DNA from: Deferribacterales bacterium | GTDB taxonomy: Bacteria > Chrysiogenota > Deferribacteres > Deferribacterales > Geovibrionaceae | Direction of reading: 5' to 3' | Assembly: GCA_050251945.1 (NCBI GenBank) | Contig: JBFWLW010000006.1 | Coordinates: 96,039-160,038 of the forward strand | DNA length: 64,000 nucleotides | In this document: positions 49,233 to 59,159 of the stretch, piece by piece | How positions within the stretch are numbered: position 1 is the stretch's first letter | Layout: the number at the start of each line of letters is the position of its first letter | The notes under the pieces: generated by a model | Databases searched by the model: none | Seen by the model: only the letters and a program-made list of their open reading frames with translations | Told to the model about the DNA's origin: nothing | Program-made: the position numbers and the translations under genes

Positions 49233-49261
49233 AACTTATCAAAAGACCTCCATTAAGTCAA
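49233..49261 (-). promoter_or_regulatory. Putative sigma70 promoter of the tRNA-tig-clpPX unit
   Basis: TTGACT, 17 bp spacer, TAAGTT with an extended TGn, on the minus strand about 20 nt upstream of tRNA-Arg. Confidence 0.5.
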
Positions 49262-49340
49262 TAGCTAATTTACCCCGTTTATACATTACTCCTTGATTTG
49301 AAATCAAAAACATCATATTACAATTCTACACGAGGTTAAG

Positions 49341-50123
49341 ATGATTACATACAATGATACTCCTGTTTACATAGGCACTGCGGGGTACAAATTTGACGAC
49401 TGGCTGGGTACCTTCTACCCCGAACAGTTCCCCAACGAGCAGATGCTGAAGTTTTACAGCCGTGATAAGGGAATTGATTTCCTTGAACTGACATTCACTT
49501 TTTATAACGATCCCACCGAGGAAATAACTGCCAATATCGCTGAGAACGCATCAGACGAGCTGGCGATATCCGTGCGTCTGGGTAAACGCTTTCTGAAAGA
49601 ACCGCCACAGAAGGAAGACGCGAGCGGTTTTAAAAACGGTCTCTCTCCTATATATAATAGAGTGAAAGCGTATTTTGCCGATTTCTATAACGGGTTCACC
49701 CCTTCCAGAGCGAACTTTGAACATATCCTGCGTCTGCGGGACACCTTTTCCGATAAGCCGTTCTTCGTTGAACTGGCAAACCGCGGCTGGGCAAGACAGA
49801 AATTTCAGGAAGAACTGAAAGAGAACGGCATCGGCGTCGTAAACGCTGATTTCCCTTTAACGGCGGGACTCGCTTCTTATTCCGTCAAGGCCTACAACAA
49901 CATGTCATACTTCAGGCTTTACGGAAAAAGCCCCGAATGGGAAGGTCCGCAGAAACGCGAGCTGAACTACAGGTACAGCGTAAAACAGCTTGAAAAGTTC
50001 CGGAAGGATATAGATATCGTCGCTTCCGTCTCAAGCTCGGTCTTCGTTTCTTTCTGCAATTCCGCAATGGGAAGCGCGGCGGCAAACGCCATAGACCTCA
50101 GAAAAATGCTTGCCGGGGGTTGA
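49341..50123 (+). CDS. DUF72-family protein
   Basis: YIGTAGY...W.GTFYP, L..Y...ELTFTFY, FVE..N..W, YFRL.G, YRYS..QL, V.F.N. Confidence 0.85.
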   Translation: MITYNDTPVYIGTAGYKFDDWLGTFYPEQFPNEQMLKFYSRDKGIDFLELTFTFYNDPTEEITANIAENASDELAISVRLGKRFLKEPPQKEDASGFKNGLSPIYNRVKAYFADFYNGFTPSRANFEHILRLRDTFSDKPFFVELANRGWARQKFQEELKENGIGVVNADFPLTAGLASYSVKAYNNMSYFRLYGKSPEWEGPQKRELNYRYSVKQLEKFRKDIDIVASVSSSVFVSFCNSAMGSAAANAIDLRKMLAGG

Positions 50124-50124
50124 T

Positions 50125-51405
50125 ATGGGCAGAATATTCGACGAATATGCCAAAAAATTCCCTCAATCAAAAGAGCTTTATGAAAAGAGCAGAACGCTTT
50201 TCCCCAACGGTGTCTGCCACGACATAAGAAACTATCCTCCTTTTCCCGTGGTCACAGACCGCTGCGAAGGCATCCATATGCACGACGTGGACGGCAACAG
50301 CATCCTCGACCTCTGGATGGGACACTACGCCAACATCCTCGGTCACGGTACCGAAGCTCAGAAAAAGGGTATCGAACGCGCGCTGACAGCGGGTGTTCAT
50401 CACGGAACTCTCAACAGATACCAGATAGAATATGCAGAGCTGGTTCAGCAGGCTGTACCCGAACTTGAGCTTATGCGCCTCTGCACGTCCGGCACCGAAG
50501 CCACCATGTATGTCACCCGCGTTGCGAGAGCCTTCACAGGCAGGCATGTCATTGTTAAGGCAGAAGGCGGATGGCACGGCGGCAACTCCGTTCTTTCCAC
50601 AGGTGTAGTTCCTCCGTTCGTTAAGGACGAAAACGCACCGGAAGGGCTGAAAACGGTGGCGGTTCCATATAATAATGTGGAAAAGACGGCGGAGATACTG
50701 CGCTCATACAATGACGAGGTAGCCGCCATCATCATCGAACCCATGATGGGTTCCGGCGGGGGCATAATCGCAAGCCCCGCATACCTGAAACTCCTGCGGG
50801 ATTTCTGCGACCTCACGGGGACACTTCTGATTTTCGACGAGGTTATAACAGGTTTCCGCTTCCGCTATGGCAGTATCTGGAAACTTCTGGGTGTCAGACC
50901 CGATCTTTTCACCTTCGGAAAGGCAGCGGCAGGCGGCATCCACATCGGCATATACGGCGGTCGCAAAGACGTGATGAACACCATCACAACACAGAAGCTC
51001 TTCGTGGGAGGCGGTACTTATTCCGCAAACCCCGTTGCAATGTGCGTCGGCATAGAGACACTGAAAGAACTGCAAAAGCAGGACTATGAAAAACTCAATG
51101 CGGCAGGCGACGCCTTCCGCAGTAAACTGACATCCATGACATCGAAGCTCAGCTATCCCGCTTATGTCACAGGTTTCGGCTCTTTCTTCTGCGTACATTT
51201 CACTGATGAAAGATTTATCAAAGTAACACCGCAGATAGTTATGACGCACTCCGACCGTGAAAGGGAAAACCTGTTCAAGGTGCTTATGCTTATAAATAAT
51301 GTATTCACGATGCATTCCGGAGGCGCTTTTTCATTCATGCATTTGGATGAAATGACGAATAGTAAACTTACAGAGGCGTACAAAAGATCGTTTGAAATGA
51401 TATAG
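50125..51405 (+). CDS. Class III PLP aminotransferase, glutamate-1-semialdehyde aminomutase-like
   Basis: DVDGN, ILGH, SGTEATM, GGWHG, IIEP, FDEVITGFR, TFGK, GTYSANP. Divergent from canonical HemL. Confidence 0.85.
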   Translation: MGRIFDEYAKKFPQSKELYEKSRTLFPNGVCHDIRNYPPFPVVTDRCEGIHMHDVDGNSILDLWMGHYANILGHGTEAQKKGIERALTAGVHHGTLNRYQIEYAELVQQAVPELELMRLCTSGTEATMYVTRVARAFTGRHVIVKAEGGWHGGNSVLSTGVVPPFVKDENAPEGLKTVAVPYNNVEKTAEILRSYNDEVAAIIIEPMMGSGGGIIASPAYLKLLRDFCDLTGTLLIFDEVITGFRFRYGSIWKLLGVRPDLFTFGKAAAGGIHIGIYGGRKDVMNTITTQKLFVGGGTYSANPVAMCVGIETLKELQKQDYEKLNAAGDAFRSKLTSMTSKLSYPAYVTGFGSFFCVHFTDERFIKVTPQIVMTHSDRERENLFKVLMLINNVFTMHSGGAFSFMHLDEMTNSKLTEAYKRSFEMI

Positions 51406-51421
51406 CCTCTTCGGGGGTCAC

Positions 51422-51736
51422 TTGGCTTACATCAGAAAGAAAGCCGCCGCCATAAAGTATGACAACAAGACCGACAAAGTGCCCAAGCTGATTGCGAAGG
51501 GCAGAGGACTTGTGGCGGACAATATCATTGCAAAAGCGAAAGAACACGGGATTTACATAAAAGAGGACAAAGACCTCGTTGAGGCTCTGTCCACTCTGGA
51601 TCTTTTCGACGATATCCCCGTTGAACTGTATAAGGTCGTTGCCGCACTGCTTGCGGAGCTTTACCATATCAACGGAAAGATAAAAGAGCAGAAAGCTCAG
51701 ACTCAGAAGGCTGTCAGTCCTCCAGATGTTCCTTGA
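51422..51736 (+). CDS. FlhB C-terminal-like protein (EscU/YscU/HrcU family, YlqH/FlhX-type)
   Basis: AAAIKYD...PKLIAKGRG..A..II..AKEHGI...LV..L..LDL...IP.ELY..VA. Confidence 0.88.
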   Translation: MAYIRKKAAAIKYDNKTDKVPKLIAKGRGLVADNIIAKAKEHGIYIKEDKDLVEALSTLDLFDDIPVELYKVVAALLAELYHINGKIKEQKAQTQKAVSPPDVP

Positions 51737-52067
51737 TCCTGCGCAGAAGTATCTCGATCTTCTTATCCTTAGTGAAATATTCCTCGGCATACAATGATGC
51801 GAAGTTTCTTTTGTACTCTTCATAAGCGGTCAGCAGAAAGACCACCTGCCCCTCTTTAACCGACTTGATATCTTTCAGAACTTCAAGACCCGATCTGTCC
51901 GGCATGTTGACATCCAGCAGAACAAGGTCATACTCGCCTGCTCTGAACATTTCCAGCCCAACCGTACCGTTTTCGGCAGTGTCAACCTTGAACCCCTTTT
52001 CTGTAAGGAGATTCTGGTAATGATCTCTGATATGCTCTTCATCATCAATAATAAGTATCTTTTTCAT
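51714..52067 (-). CDS. Single-domain response regulator (receiver)
   Basis: ILIIDDE, LLDVNMPD.SG, LTAY, K. Confidence 0.92.
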   Translation of the reverse strand: MKKILIIDDEEHIRDHYQNLLTEKGFKVDTAENGTVGLEMFRAGEYDLVLLDVNMPDRSGLEVLKDIKSVKEGQVVFLLTAYEEYKRNFASLYAEEYFTKDKKIEILLRRIKEHLED

Positions 52068-53527
52068 TCATGTCCCCTTTTCGGCAGCAGAAGCGTAAAG
52101 ACCGCTCCTTTCTGGGCATCGGAAACATAAATGTCCCCTTCGTGTGCGCGCATGACTTTTTTGCACAGCGCCAGCCCCAAACCTGTTCCGTCTTTTTTGT
52201 TTGTATAGAACGGCTCGAATATCTTTTCCCGAAGTTCCGCAGGAACGCCGTGACCGGTATCGGCAACTCCGACGGTAACATAGCTTTTGCTCTCGGAAGC
52301 GCTTATGATGAGATCGCCGCCTTTTTTCAGCTCCTGAACCGCATTGGTTATGAGGTTCATGAGCACCTGCTGTAAAAGCCCTCTATCTGCATCAACATAC
52401 ATCCCGTTTCCGATATTTACAACGACATTTATTTGTTCAAATGAAAAGCAACTTTTCAGAATCTGAAGAACTTCCTCTGTAAACTGCACCAGATTTATCT
52501 TTTCATAGTCAAGTTCGACCCTTTTCGTGTAAGAAAGAATATCTCCGACTATCTTTTCCATCCTGTTCACTTCAGACTGAACGATATCAATCCATTTCTG
52601 CTGATCGGAAGAAAGTCCGCCCGCCTGCTCAACCCGTTTCGCAAATCCGCCGATGGCAATCAGCGGGTTTTTAAGCTCGTGGGCGACAGTTGCCGAGAGA
52701 CTGCCTATCTGCAAAAGGTTGTCGTTGTTGGAAGAGATACGCTTTGCCTCGTCCAGTTCCGCCTTAACCAGTTCAAGCTGTTTCACAGCCCTGAAATACT
52801 CTATGGACAATGAACATATGTTGCTGAACAGCCGAAGAGCATCCTTATCCGCCCGTGAATACGACGGTTTGCATACAATCAGAACACCTATTGGTTTCCC
52901 GCCTATCCCCAGAGACGAAACAAGCATATCGTTGCAGAAATACTTTTTTAAAGGCTCGTATTCTTCTGACGACTCCAGATTAAGCGTATCGGTCTTGTCG
53001 AAAAACATTATATCCGAAAGTCTGTTCTTCGATTGAAACCCGACCTTAAGATTTCTGAACAGCGTCACGTCTATCTTCATATCGCAGTTGCAGAATATCC
53101 CGCCGCGCAGTTCCAGCAGAGCTTCGTTGAGGAAGAGTATCCCAGCTTTGCTGAACTGACCGTTTATTATAACAGACGAAATGAGCTGATGCAGCACTTC
53201 GTCGAGGTTTTTTCTGTTTGTGATGGTTTCAAGTATTTTCGCACCGGCAACAACACGTGCCAGCGCAGCGCCGAAAGGTGCAAAGCTATAGATGTTTATA
53301 ATCTTTTTAACAATCTCTGTCTGCGCTTCGGAAGGGAATATCTGTTTCTGTGTAAAAACTGACGCAGCACACCCGCCCGCGACGACGCTGTATTCCGTCA
53401 TTTCGGAAGAGGTGTTTCCTGTGTTAAGAATGGTTCCTTCGGTGTCTCTCACCAAAAGACCTTTTATCTCGGTTTGCAGGACTGATTCTAGTAAACCAAG
53501 AAGGTCTTGAGTCGCTGAACGTCCCAT
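52064..53527 (-). CDS. Cytoplasmic sensor histidine kinase with GAF-like N-terminus
   Basis: H-box VAHELKNPL, N-box QVLMNLITNA, DTGHG, FEPFYT, GTGLGL. ATGA overlap with the receiver gene. Confidence 0.9.
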   Translation of the reverse strand: MGRSATQDLLGLLESVLQTEIKGLLVRDTEGTILNTGNTSSEMTEYSVVAGGCAASVFTQKQIFPSEAQTEIVKKIINIYSFAPFGAALARVVAGAKILETITNRKNLDEVLHQLISSVIINGQFSKAGILFLNEALLELRGGIFCNCDMKIDVTLFRNLKVGFQSKNRLSDIMFFDKTDTLNLESSEEYEPLKKYFCNDMLVSSLGIGGKPIGVLIVCKPSYSRADKDALRLFSNICSLSIEYFRAVKQLELVKAELDEAKRISSNNDNLLQIGSLSATVAHELKNPLIAIGGFAKRVEQAGGLSSDQQKWIDIVQSEVNRMEKIVGDILSYTKRVELDYEKINLVQFTEEVLQILKSCFSFEQINVVVNIGNGMYVDADRGLLQQVLMNLITNAVQELKKGGDLIISASESKSYVTVGVADTGHGVPAELREKIFEPFYTNKKDGTGLGLALCKKVMRAHEGDIYVSDAQKGAVFTLLLPKRGHE

Positions 53528-53551
53528 TGACTGCTCCGGCAATGTGAAAAT

Positions 53552-53584
53552 AAAAACAGGGGAACACCCGCAAGAGTGTTCCCC
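53552..53584 (-). terminator. Rho-independent terminator after ppdK
   Basis: GGGGAACAC-8 nt-GTGTTCCCC followed by TGTTTTT on the minus strand. Confidence 0.75.
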
Positions 53585-53596
53585 GAAGAATTTTTT

Positions 53597-56218
53597 CTAT
53601 TTCAGTGCTGCATGCGCTGCTGCAAGCCTTGCCACCGGAACGCGGAAAGGTGAACAGCTTACGTAGTTCAATCCGGCTTTCTGACAGAAAGCGATTGAAT
53701 CCGGATCGCCGCCGTGTTCGCCGCATATGCCTGTTTTAAGGTCAGGTCTGACGCTGCGTCCTTTGTTTACGCCCATTTCAACAAGCTGACCGACACCGTT
53801 TACATCTATAGACACAAACGGGTCTTCTTTGTATATGCCCTTCTCAACATAGATGGGAAGGAACTTGCCGGCATCGTCTCGGCTTACGCCCAGAGTTGTC
53901 TGGGTGAGGTCGTTCGTTCCGAATGAGAAGAATTGCGCGTGTTTGGCAATTTCATCCGCTGTCAGCGCCGCTCTGGGAAGCTCTATCATCGTTCCGACGA
54001 GGTATTCCAGCTTAACGCCGTATTTCGCTATGACCTCGTGGGCAACTTCGTTCGTCATATCTTTAAGTATTTCAAGCTCTTTGTATGAACCCACAAGAGG
54101 TATCATAACTTCCGGTTTCACCGATTTACCCTGTTTAACAAGCTCACATGCCGCCTCGAAGATGGCGTATACCTGCATTTCGTAAATCTCGGGATAGGTA
54201 AGACCCAAACGGCATCCTCTGTGACCAAGCATGGGGTTGAACTCGAAAAGCTCGGTCGCTTTCGCCTTAAGATGGTCAGCGGAAATACCTGATGCCTTTG
54301 AAACACGCTCAATCTCCTCGTCTGTGTGAGGGATGAATTCGTGAAGGGGCGGGTCGAGCAGACGGATTGTAACCGGAAGCCCTTCCATGGCTGAGAACAG
54401 CCCAAGGAAATCCTCTTTCTGATATGGTTTCACTTTTGCAAGCGCCCTTCTGCGTCCGTCTTCGTTGTCAGCAAGGATCATTTCGCGAACCGCGTCGATA
54501 CGGTCGCCGTCAAAGAACATATGTTCGGTACGGCAAAGACCGATCCCCTCTGCGCCGAAATCCCTTGCCACTCTGGAGTCGTGGGGGGTATCGGCATTCG
54601 CGCGGACACCCAGCGTTCTGAAAGAGTCGGCCCAGTTGAGTATCTCTGCGAACTCGCCTGAAAGTTCAGGTTCTATAAGTTTAGCCGCGCCAAGGATAAC
54701 CTCGCCTGTGGAACCGTTTATGGTGATTATCTCACCCTCTTTAACAGTCGCGCTGCCTGCTGTGAAGAATTTCTGTACGTCATTTATGCGAATCGCGCCG
54801 CATCCTGCGACACAGCATTTACCCATGCCTCTGGCAACAACAGCCGCGTGGCTGGTCATACCGCCTGTGGCTGTAAGGATACCCTGTGCGGCATGCATAC
54901 CGCCGATATCTTCGGGAGACGTCTCTGCGCGGACGAGGATAACTTTTTCGCCCTGTACCGCCCAGCTTTCAGCCTCTTCCGCTGTGAACACAACTTTGCC
55001 CACTGCGGCGCCGGGAGACGCGGGAAGACCTTTTGCGATAACGTCATATTTGATGCTGGTGTCTATCATGGGGTGAAGAAGCTGATCGACCTGCTCGGGA
55101 GCAACGCGGAGAATCGCCGTTTTTTTGTCGATAAGTCCTTCCTGAACCATGTCAAAGGCAATCTTAACAGCCGCTCTGGCTGTTCTTTTGCCTGTTCTGG
55201 TCTGGAGCATGTAAAGAGTTCCTTTTTCGATGGTGAACTCAATGTCCTGAACGTCTTTGTAGTGGTTTTCCAGCTTTTTATAAACTTCTTCAAGCTGTGC
55301 GAAAACTTCGGGCATTGCAGTTTGCAGTTTTGCGATGGGTTCGGGGGTTCTGATGCCCGCAACAACGTCCTCGCCCTGCGCATTCACAAGGTATTCGCCG
55401 AAAAACTCTCTGTCGCCTGTGGAAGGGTTGCGGGTGAACGCAACGCCTGTGCCGCAGTCGTCGCCCATGTTTCCGAATACCATGGACTGAACGTTAACGG
55501 CTGTTCCCCAGTCGTCAGACATTTTATTTATCTTTCTGTAGGTTTTGGCTCTCTGATTGTTCCACGAGTCAAAAACCGCGTCGATTGCATATTTAAGCTG
55601 CTCTTTGGGATCCTGCGGAAATTCCTTTCCGATCTCCTCAACAACAAGAGCCTTATATTTTACAACAAGCTCCTTAAGGTCGTCAGCTTTAAGTTCCGTA
55701 TCCTCTTTAACACCTCTGGCGTTCTTCATATCTTTGAGGATATGCTCGAACTGGTGGTGTCCGATGCCGAGAACAACGTCAGAAAACATCTGGATGAACC
55801 TTCTGTAGCTGTCATAGGCGAATCTGGCGTTGCCTGAAGACTTTTCAAGCCCTTTGACAGATTCGTCGGTGAGACCGAGGTTAAGAACGGTGTCCATCAT
55901 CCCGGGCATGGAAACCCTTGCGCCGGAACGTACGGAAACAAGGAGAGGATTGCTCACATCTCCGAATTTTTTTCCCATTGCAGTTTCAAGCTCCGAAAGA
56001 GCCGCAAGCACCTGATCCCAAAGCCCATCGGGATAGCTCTTGCTGTCTTTGTAAAACTGCACACAGGCTTCTGTCGTTATGGTAAAGCCGGGAGGCACAG
56101 GTATGCCGATGCTGGTCATTTCAGCCAGCCCCGCTCCTTTTCCGCCGAGAAGGTTTTTGTTCTTGCCGTCCCCTTCCGTGCGGCCTTTACCGAAAAAGTA
56201 AACCCATTTGGTGCTCAT
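53597..56218 (-). CDS. ppdK: Pyruvate, phosphate dikinase
   Basis: LLGGKGA, SVRSGARVSMPGMMDT, GGMTSHAAVVARG, GIGLCRTEHMF, FSFGTNDLTQ, GICGEHGG. Confidence 0.99.
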   Translation of the reverse strand: MSTKWVYFFGKGRTEGDGKNKNLLGGKGAGLAEMTSIGIPVPPGFTITTEACVQFYKDSKSYPDGLWDQVLAALSELETAMGKKFGDVSNPLLVSVRSGARVSMPGMMDTVLNLGLTDESVKGLEKSSGNARFAYDSYRRFIQMFSDVVLGIGHHQFEHILKDMKNARGVKEDTELKADDLKELVVKYKALVVEEIGKEFPQDPKEQLKYAIDAVFDSWNNQRAKTYRKINKMSDDWGTAVNVQSMVFGNMGDDCGTGVAFTRNPSTGDREFFGEYLVNAQGEDVVAGIRTPEPIAKLQTAMPEVFAQLEEVYKKLENHYKDVQDIEFTIEKGTLYMLQTRTGKRTARAAVKIAFDMVQEGLIDKKTAILRVAPEQVDQLLHPMIDTSIKYDVIAKGLPASPGAAVGKVVFTAEEAESWAVQGEKVILVRAETSPEDIGGMHAAQGILTATGGMTSHAAVVARGMGKCCVAGCGAIRINDVQKFFTAGSATVKEGEIITINGSTGEVILGAAKLIEPELSGEFAEILNWADSFRTLGVRANADTPHDSRVARDFGAEGIGLCRTEHMFFDGDRIDAVREMILADNEDGRRRALAKVKPYQKEDFLGLFSAMEGLPVTIRLLDPPLHEFIPHTDEEIERVSKASGISADHLKAKATELFEFNPMLGHRGCRLGLTYPEIYEMQVYAIFEAACELVKQGKSVKPEVMIPLVGSYKELEILKDMTNEVAHEVIAKYGVKLEYLVGTMIELPRAALTADEIAKHAQFFSFGTNDLTQTTLGVSRDDAGKFLPIYVEKGIYKEDPFVSIDVNGVGQLVEMGVNKGRSVRPDLKTGICGEHGGDPDSIAFCQKAGLNYVSCSPFRVPVARLAAAHAALK

Positions 56219-56234
56219 TGCGATAAACCCCCTG

Positions 56235-58298
56235 TTATATGATTTTTGTCAGATCGCCCAGCAGATTGAACAGACCTATCAAACGGTTCAGCAAACTTAA
56301 TCTGTTCTCCTTCACCTTCTCATCCTTCGCCATTACCATGACGTTCTCGAAAAAGCGGTCAACAGGGCCGCTGAAGGTCAAAAGCTGGGTCATCGCCTCA
56401 GTGAAGTTCTCTTCACACACCTCTCTATTAATACCGGCAGACCTTGTGTCGATAAGCTCTGCCAGTTCCCTCTCGTGGTCGGACTCAAACAGTGCGGCGT
56501 CATACTCTGTTCCGTTATGTCCGCTCTTTTTGAGGATATTGTTGATACGTTTATATCCGGCGGCGATGCTGGCGAATTCCGCAGTCTCTCTGTACTGCGC
56601 AAGCGCTTTCGCTGCCTTTTCTATTTTGATTATATCACCGGAAATGCTCGCTGCACAGTCAACACAGTCGGAAGCGAGTCCTTCTGTTGTGAGCATTTGG
56701 CGAAAACGCTGAACTATGAACTCATTCACGGCTTCAACAGTTTTCTGTTTATCAAATTTTATATAGTCTGCAAGTATATCCGCACTCTTTTCAACAAGAG
56801 CGGACATGTCCGCACGCAGACCTTTCTGACGTATTATGTTCAGTATACCGATGGCGTTTCTGCGAAGCGCATATGGATCCTGATTTCCTGTCGGAATAAG
56901 GTCAACTGCGAAACAGCCCACTATGGTGTCCAGCTTGTCTGCCATTGAAACGAAAGCGCCTGCGTCTGTCGAGGGCAGTTCGTCCCCTGCAAATCTGGGC
57001 ATATAATGTTCGTCGATGGCTGTGGCAACGGTCTCGTTTTCACCCTGCAGTTTCGCATAGGTTCTGCCCATGATACCCTGCAGTTCGGGGAATTCGTATA
57101 CCATAGAGCTGAGCAGGTCTGCCTTGCAGAGGAATGCCGCACGATCCGTATCCGCCTTTGCTGCGGGTGCGAATTGTTCTGCGAAGAACACGGCAAGTTT
57201 GCGGAAACGTTCCATCTTCGCATAGGAAGTGCCGAGTTTCTCCTGATATGTAACCTTTTTAAGCTCTTCGACGTGCTTCTCAAGAGGATAAGCCTTGTCG
57301 TTTTCCCAGAAGAAAGCCGCGTCGGCAAGTCTTGCGCGCAGAACCCTTGCATAACCCGCTTTAACAACAGACGGGTCTTTCGGGTCGGTGTTTGAAACAC
57401 CGATGAACCTGTTCACAAGTTTGCCTGATTTATCTGCTACATAGAAATATTTCTGGTGATTTTTCATAGAGGTGATGAGAACGTCGGCGGGCAGGGACAG
57501 ATATTTTTCCTCGAATTCGCCCATCAGCGAAACGGGGTATTCCACAAGTCCCGCAACGGTGTCCAGAAGACCTTCATCAAGGTCGACCTTGTAACCCGTC
57601 TCCTTCTCGATGTCCGCAACCTGCTTCTTCACAAGTTCCCTTCTCGCCTGAGTGGAGACTATTACGCGGGCTTTTTCAAGCACTGAAAGGTAGTCCGCAA
57701 AATCCTTAACGGGGTATTCCGTATTGAAATGGATGCGGTGTCCCATGGTGGTGTTTCCGCTTTTTGTTCCGTCTATTTCAAAGTTGATGACTTTTCCGCC
57801 GAAGATGGCAAGGAACCAGTGGATAGGTCTTGCATAACGGAAGGTTCCGTCGCCCCATTTCATTGATTTCTTAAAGGGTATGCCTTTGATTACGGCAGGC
57901 ACCAGAGTTTCAAGAAGCTCTGTTGTGTCAACGCCTTTTGTCTTTTTTACGCCGCTGAGATATTCACCCTTTCCGGTGGTTTCCTTTTTAAGCGTTGCAA
58001 AATCAAGCCCCTTTGATCTGGCGAAACCTTCGCCTGCCTTCGTCAGCTTGCCTTCCGCATCAAAAGCCACCGACGCAGGAGGTCCCATAATAACCTCTTC
58101 GCGGTCGGGCTGTTTTTCGCTCAGTCCCGTAATGTGTATATAGCTTCTTCTGGGCGTTCCGTCAGATTCAACTGATGAAAACGGAACTCCTTCTTCGGTA
58201 AGTTTTTTTGTGAATTCTTTAACAAGGTATTCGCTGGTTCCGTGAATGAACCCCGCAGGTATTTCCTCGCTACCTATTTCAAGCAGAAAATCGGGCAT
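56235..58298 (-). CDS. glyS: Glycine-tRNA ligase beta subunit
   Basis: LLEIGSEEIP, TPRR, KSMKW, RPIHW, RARLADA, EFPELQG, DPYALRR, FFENVMV. Confidence 0.97.
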   Translation of the reverse strand: MPDFLLEIGSEEIPAGFIHGTSEYLVKEFTKKLTEEGVPFSSVESDGTPRRSYIHITGLSEKQPDREEVIMGPPASVAFDAEGKLTKAGEGFARSKGLDFATLKKETTGKGEYLSGVKKTKGVDTTELLETLVPAVIKGIPFKKSMKWGDGTFRYARPIHWFLAIFGGKVINFEIDGTKSGNTTMGHRIHFNTEYPVKDFADYLSVLEKARVIVSTQARRELVKKQVADIEKETGYKVDLDEGLLDTVAGLVEYPVSLMGEFEEKYLSLPADVLITSMKNHQKYFYVADKSGKLVNRFIGVSNTDPKDPSVVKAGYARVLRARLADAAFFWENDKAYPLEKHVEELKKVTYQEKLGTSYAKMERFRKLAVFFAEQFAPAAKADTDRAAFLCKADLLSSMVYEFPELQGIMGRTYAKLQGENETVATAIDEHYMPRFAGDELPSTDAGAFVSMADKLDTIVGCFAVDLIPTGNQDPYALRRNAIGILNIIRQKGLRADMSALVEKSADILADYIKFDKQKTVEAVNEFIVQRFRQMLTTEGLASDCVDCAASISGDIIKIEKAAKALAQYRETAEFASIAAGYKRINNILKKSGHNGTEYDAALFESDHERELAELIDTRSAGINREVCEENFTEAMTQLLTFSGPVDRFFENVMVMAKDEKVKENRLSLLNRLIGLFNLLGDLTKII

Positions 58299-58472
58299 TG
58301 TAACACCTAAACATGATTATTTTAGTCCTAGCATCCTACAATAGATTCAGATAATTTCAAGAAGTTTATACCTGACTGAAAAAAAGTTATGAAAATTACT
58401 CCGACACTATGTCGGCAACGATTTAGAGGATAGGTTTTATCAATATACCAATAGAAAAATTAAAACATAGAA

Positions 58473-58552
58473 GAGATCGCCGCGTCGCGTCGCTCCTCGC
58501 GAAGACAAAATATGTCTCTGCGAGGAAGCCCAAGGGCTGACGCGGCAGTCTC
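58473..58552. repeat. REP/REPIN-like inverted pair just after the leuD stop
   Basis: GAGATCGCCGCGTCGCGTCGCTCCTCGCGAAGAC-aaaatat-GTCTCTGCGAGGAAGCCCAAGGGCTGACGCGGCAGTCTC; the two GC-rich arms are mutually complementary. Confidence 0.7.
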
Positions 58553-58554
58553 AT

Positions 58555-59157
58555 TTATACGAACGAATATTTCAGAGTCTTTTCAAGCTCTTTCACCTGC
58601 GACAGACCGTTGAGAAGTTCCGCCAGAGAGTCGTAGCTTCCTTCAAGAAAGGCTTTTCTTGCGTTGGGCTTAATTTCCACGGCGTATTCTTTGCCGTTGA
58701 ACTTCACTTTGCATCCGTCGACATCAATAACCATCTCAGCGGCGGGGTCAGCCTCAACCTCTTTCATAAGTGCGTCGCGCACGGACTTTTCCGCCACGAC
58801 ACATACGATGCCAAGAGTTGTGCAGTTGCCGAAGAATATCTCGGCGTAGCTTCCTGCGACAACAGCGTTGAAGCCTGCGCGCTTGATAGCCTGCGGTGCG
58901 TGTTCACGGGATGAACCGCAGCCGAAGTTATCACCGGATATTATGATGGATGCACCAACAAACTGGGGTTTGTCGATGGGGTGTCCGATGGATTTACCCT
59001 CGCTGTCGAAACGCACGTCATAAAAAAGCTGACCGCCCAATTCGTCGAACACCACGCATTTAAGGAATCTTGCGGGGATGATGCGGTCTGTGTCTATATC
59101 GTCCCCGGGAACGGGAACTGCTCTTCCGATTACTTGTTTGATAGGTCCGAGACTCAT
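58555..59157 (-). CDS. leuD: 3-isopropylmalate dehydratase small subunit
   Basis: DIDTDRIIPARFL, NFGCGSSREHAP, AEIFFGN. Confidence 0.96.
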   Translation of the reverse strand: MSLGPIKQVIGRAVPVPGDDIDTDRIIPARFLKCVVFDELGGQLFYDVRFDSEGKSIGHPIDKPQFVGASIIISGDNFGCGSSREHAPQAIKRAGFNAVVAGSYAEIFFGNCTTLGIVCVVAEKSVRDALMKEVEADPAAEMVIDVDGCKVKFNGKEYAVEIKPNARKAFLEGSYDSLAELLNGLSQVKELEKTLKYSFV

Positions 59158-59159
59158 GA

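Noticed and set aside
50125..51405. Naming the aminotransferase hemL
   Set aside because: The canonical HemL PGGVNSPVR motif is replaced by PNGVCHDIR and no hem genes are nearby; likely a paralog.
53559..53585. GTGTTCCCCG, resembling the start of a type I-E CRISPR repeat
   Set aside because: Single occurrence, no spacers or cas genes; it is one arm of the ppdK terminator.
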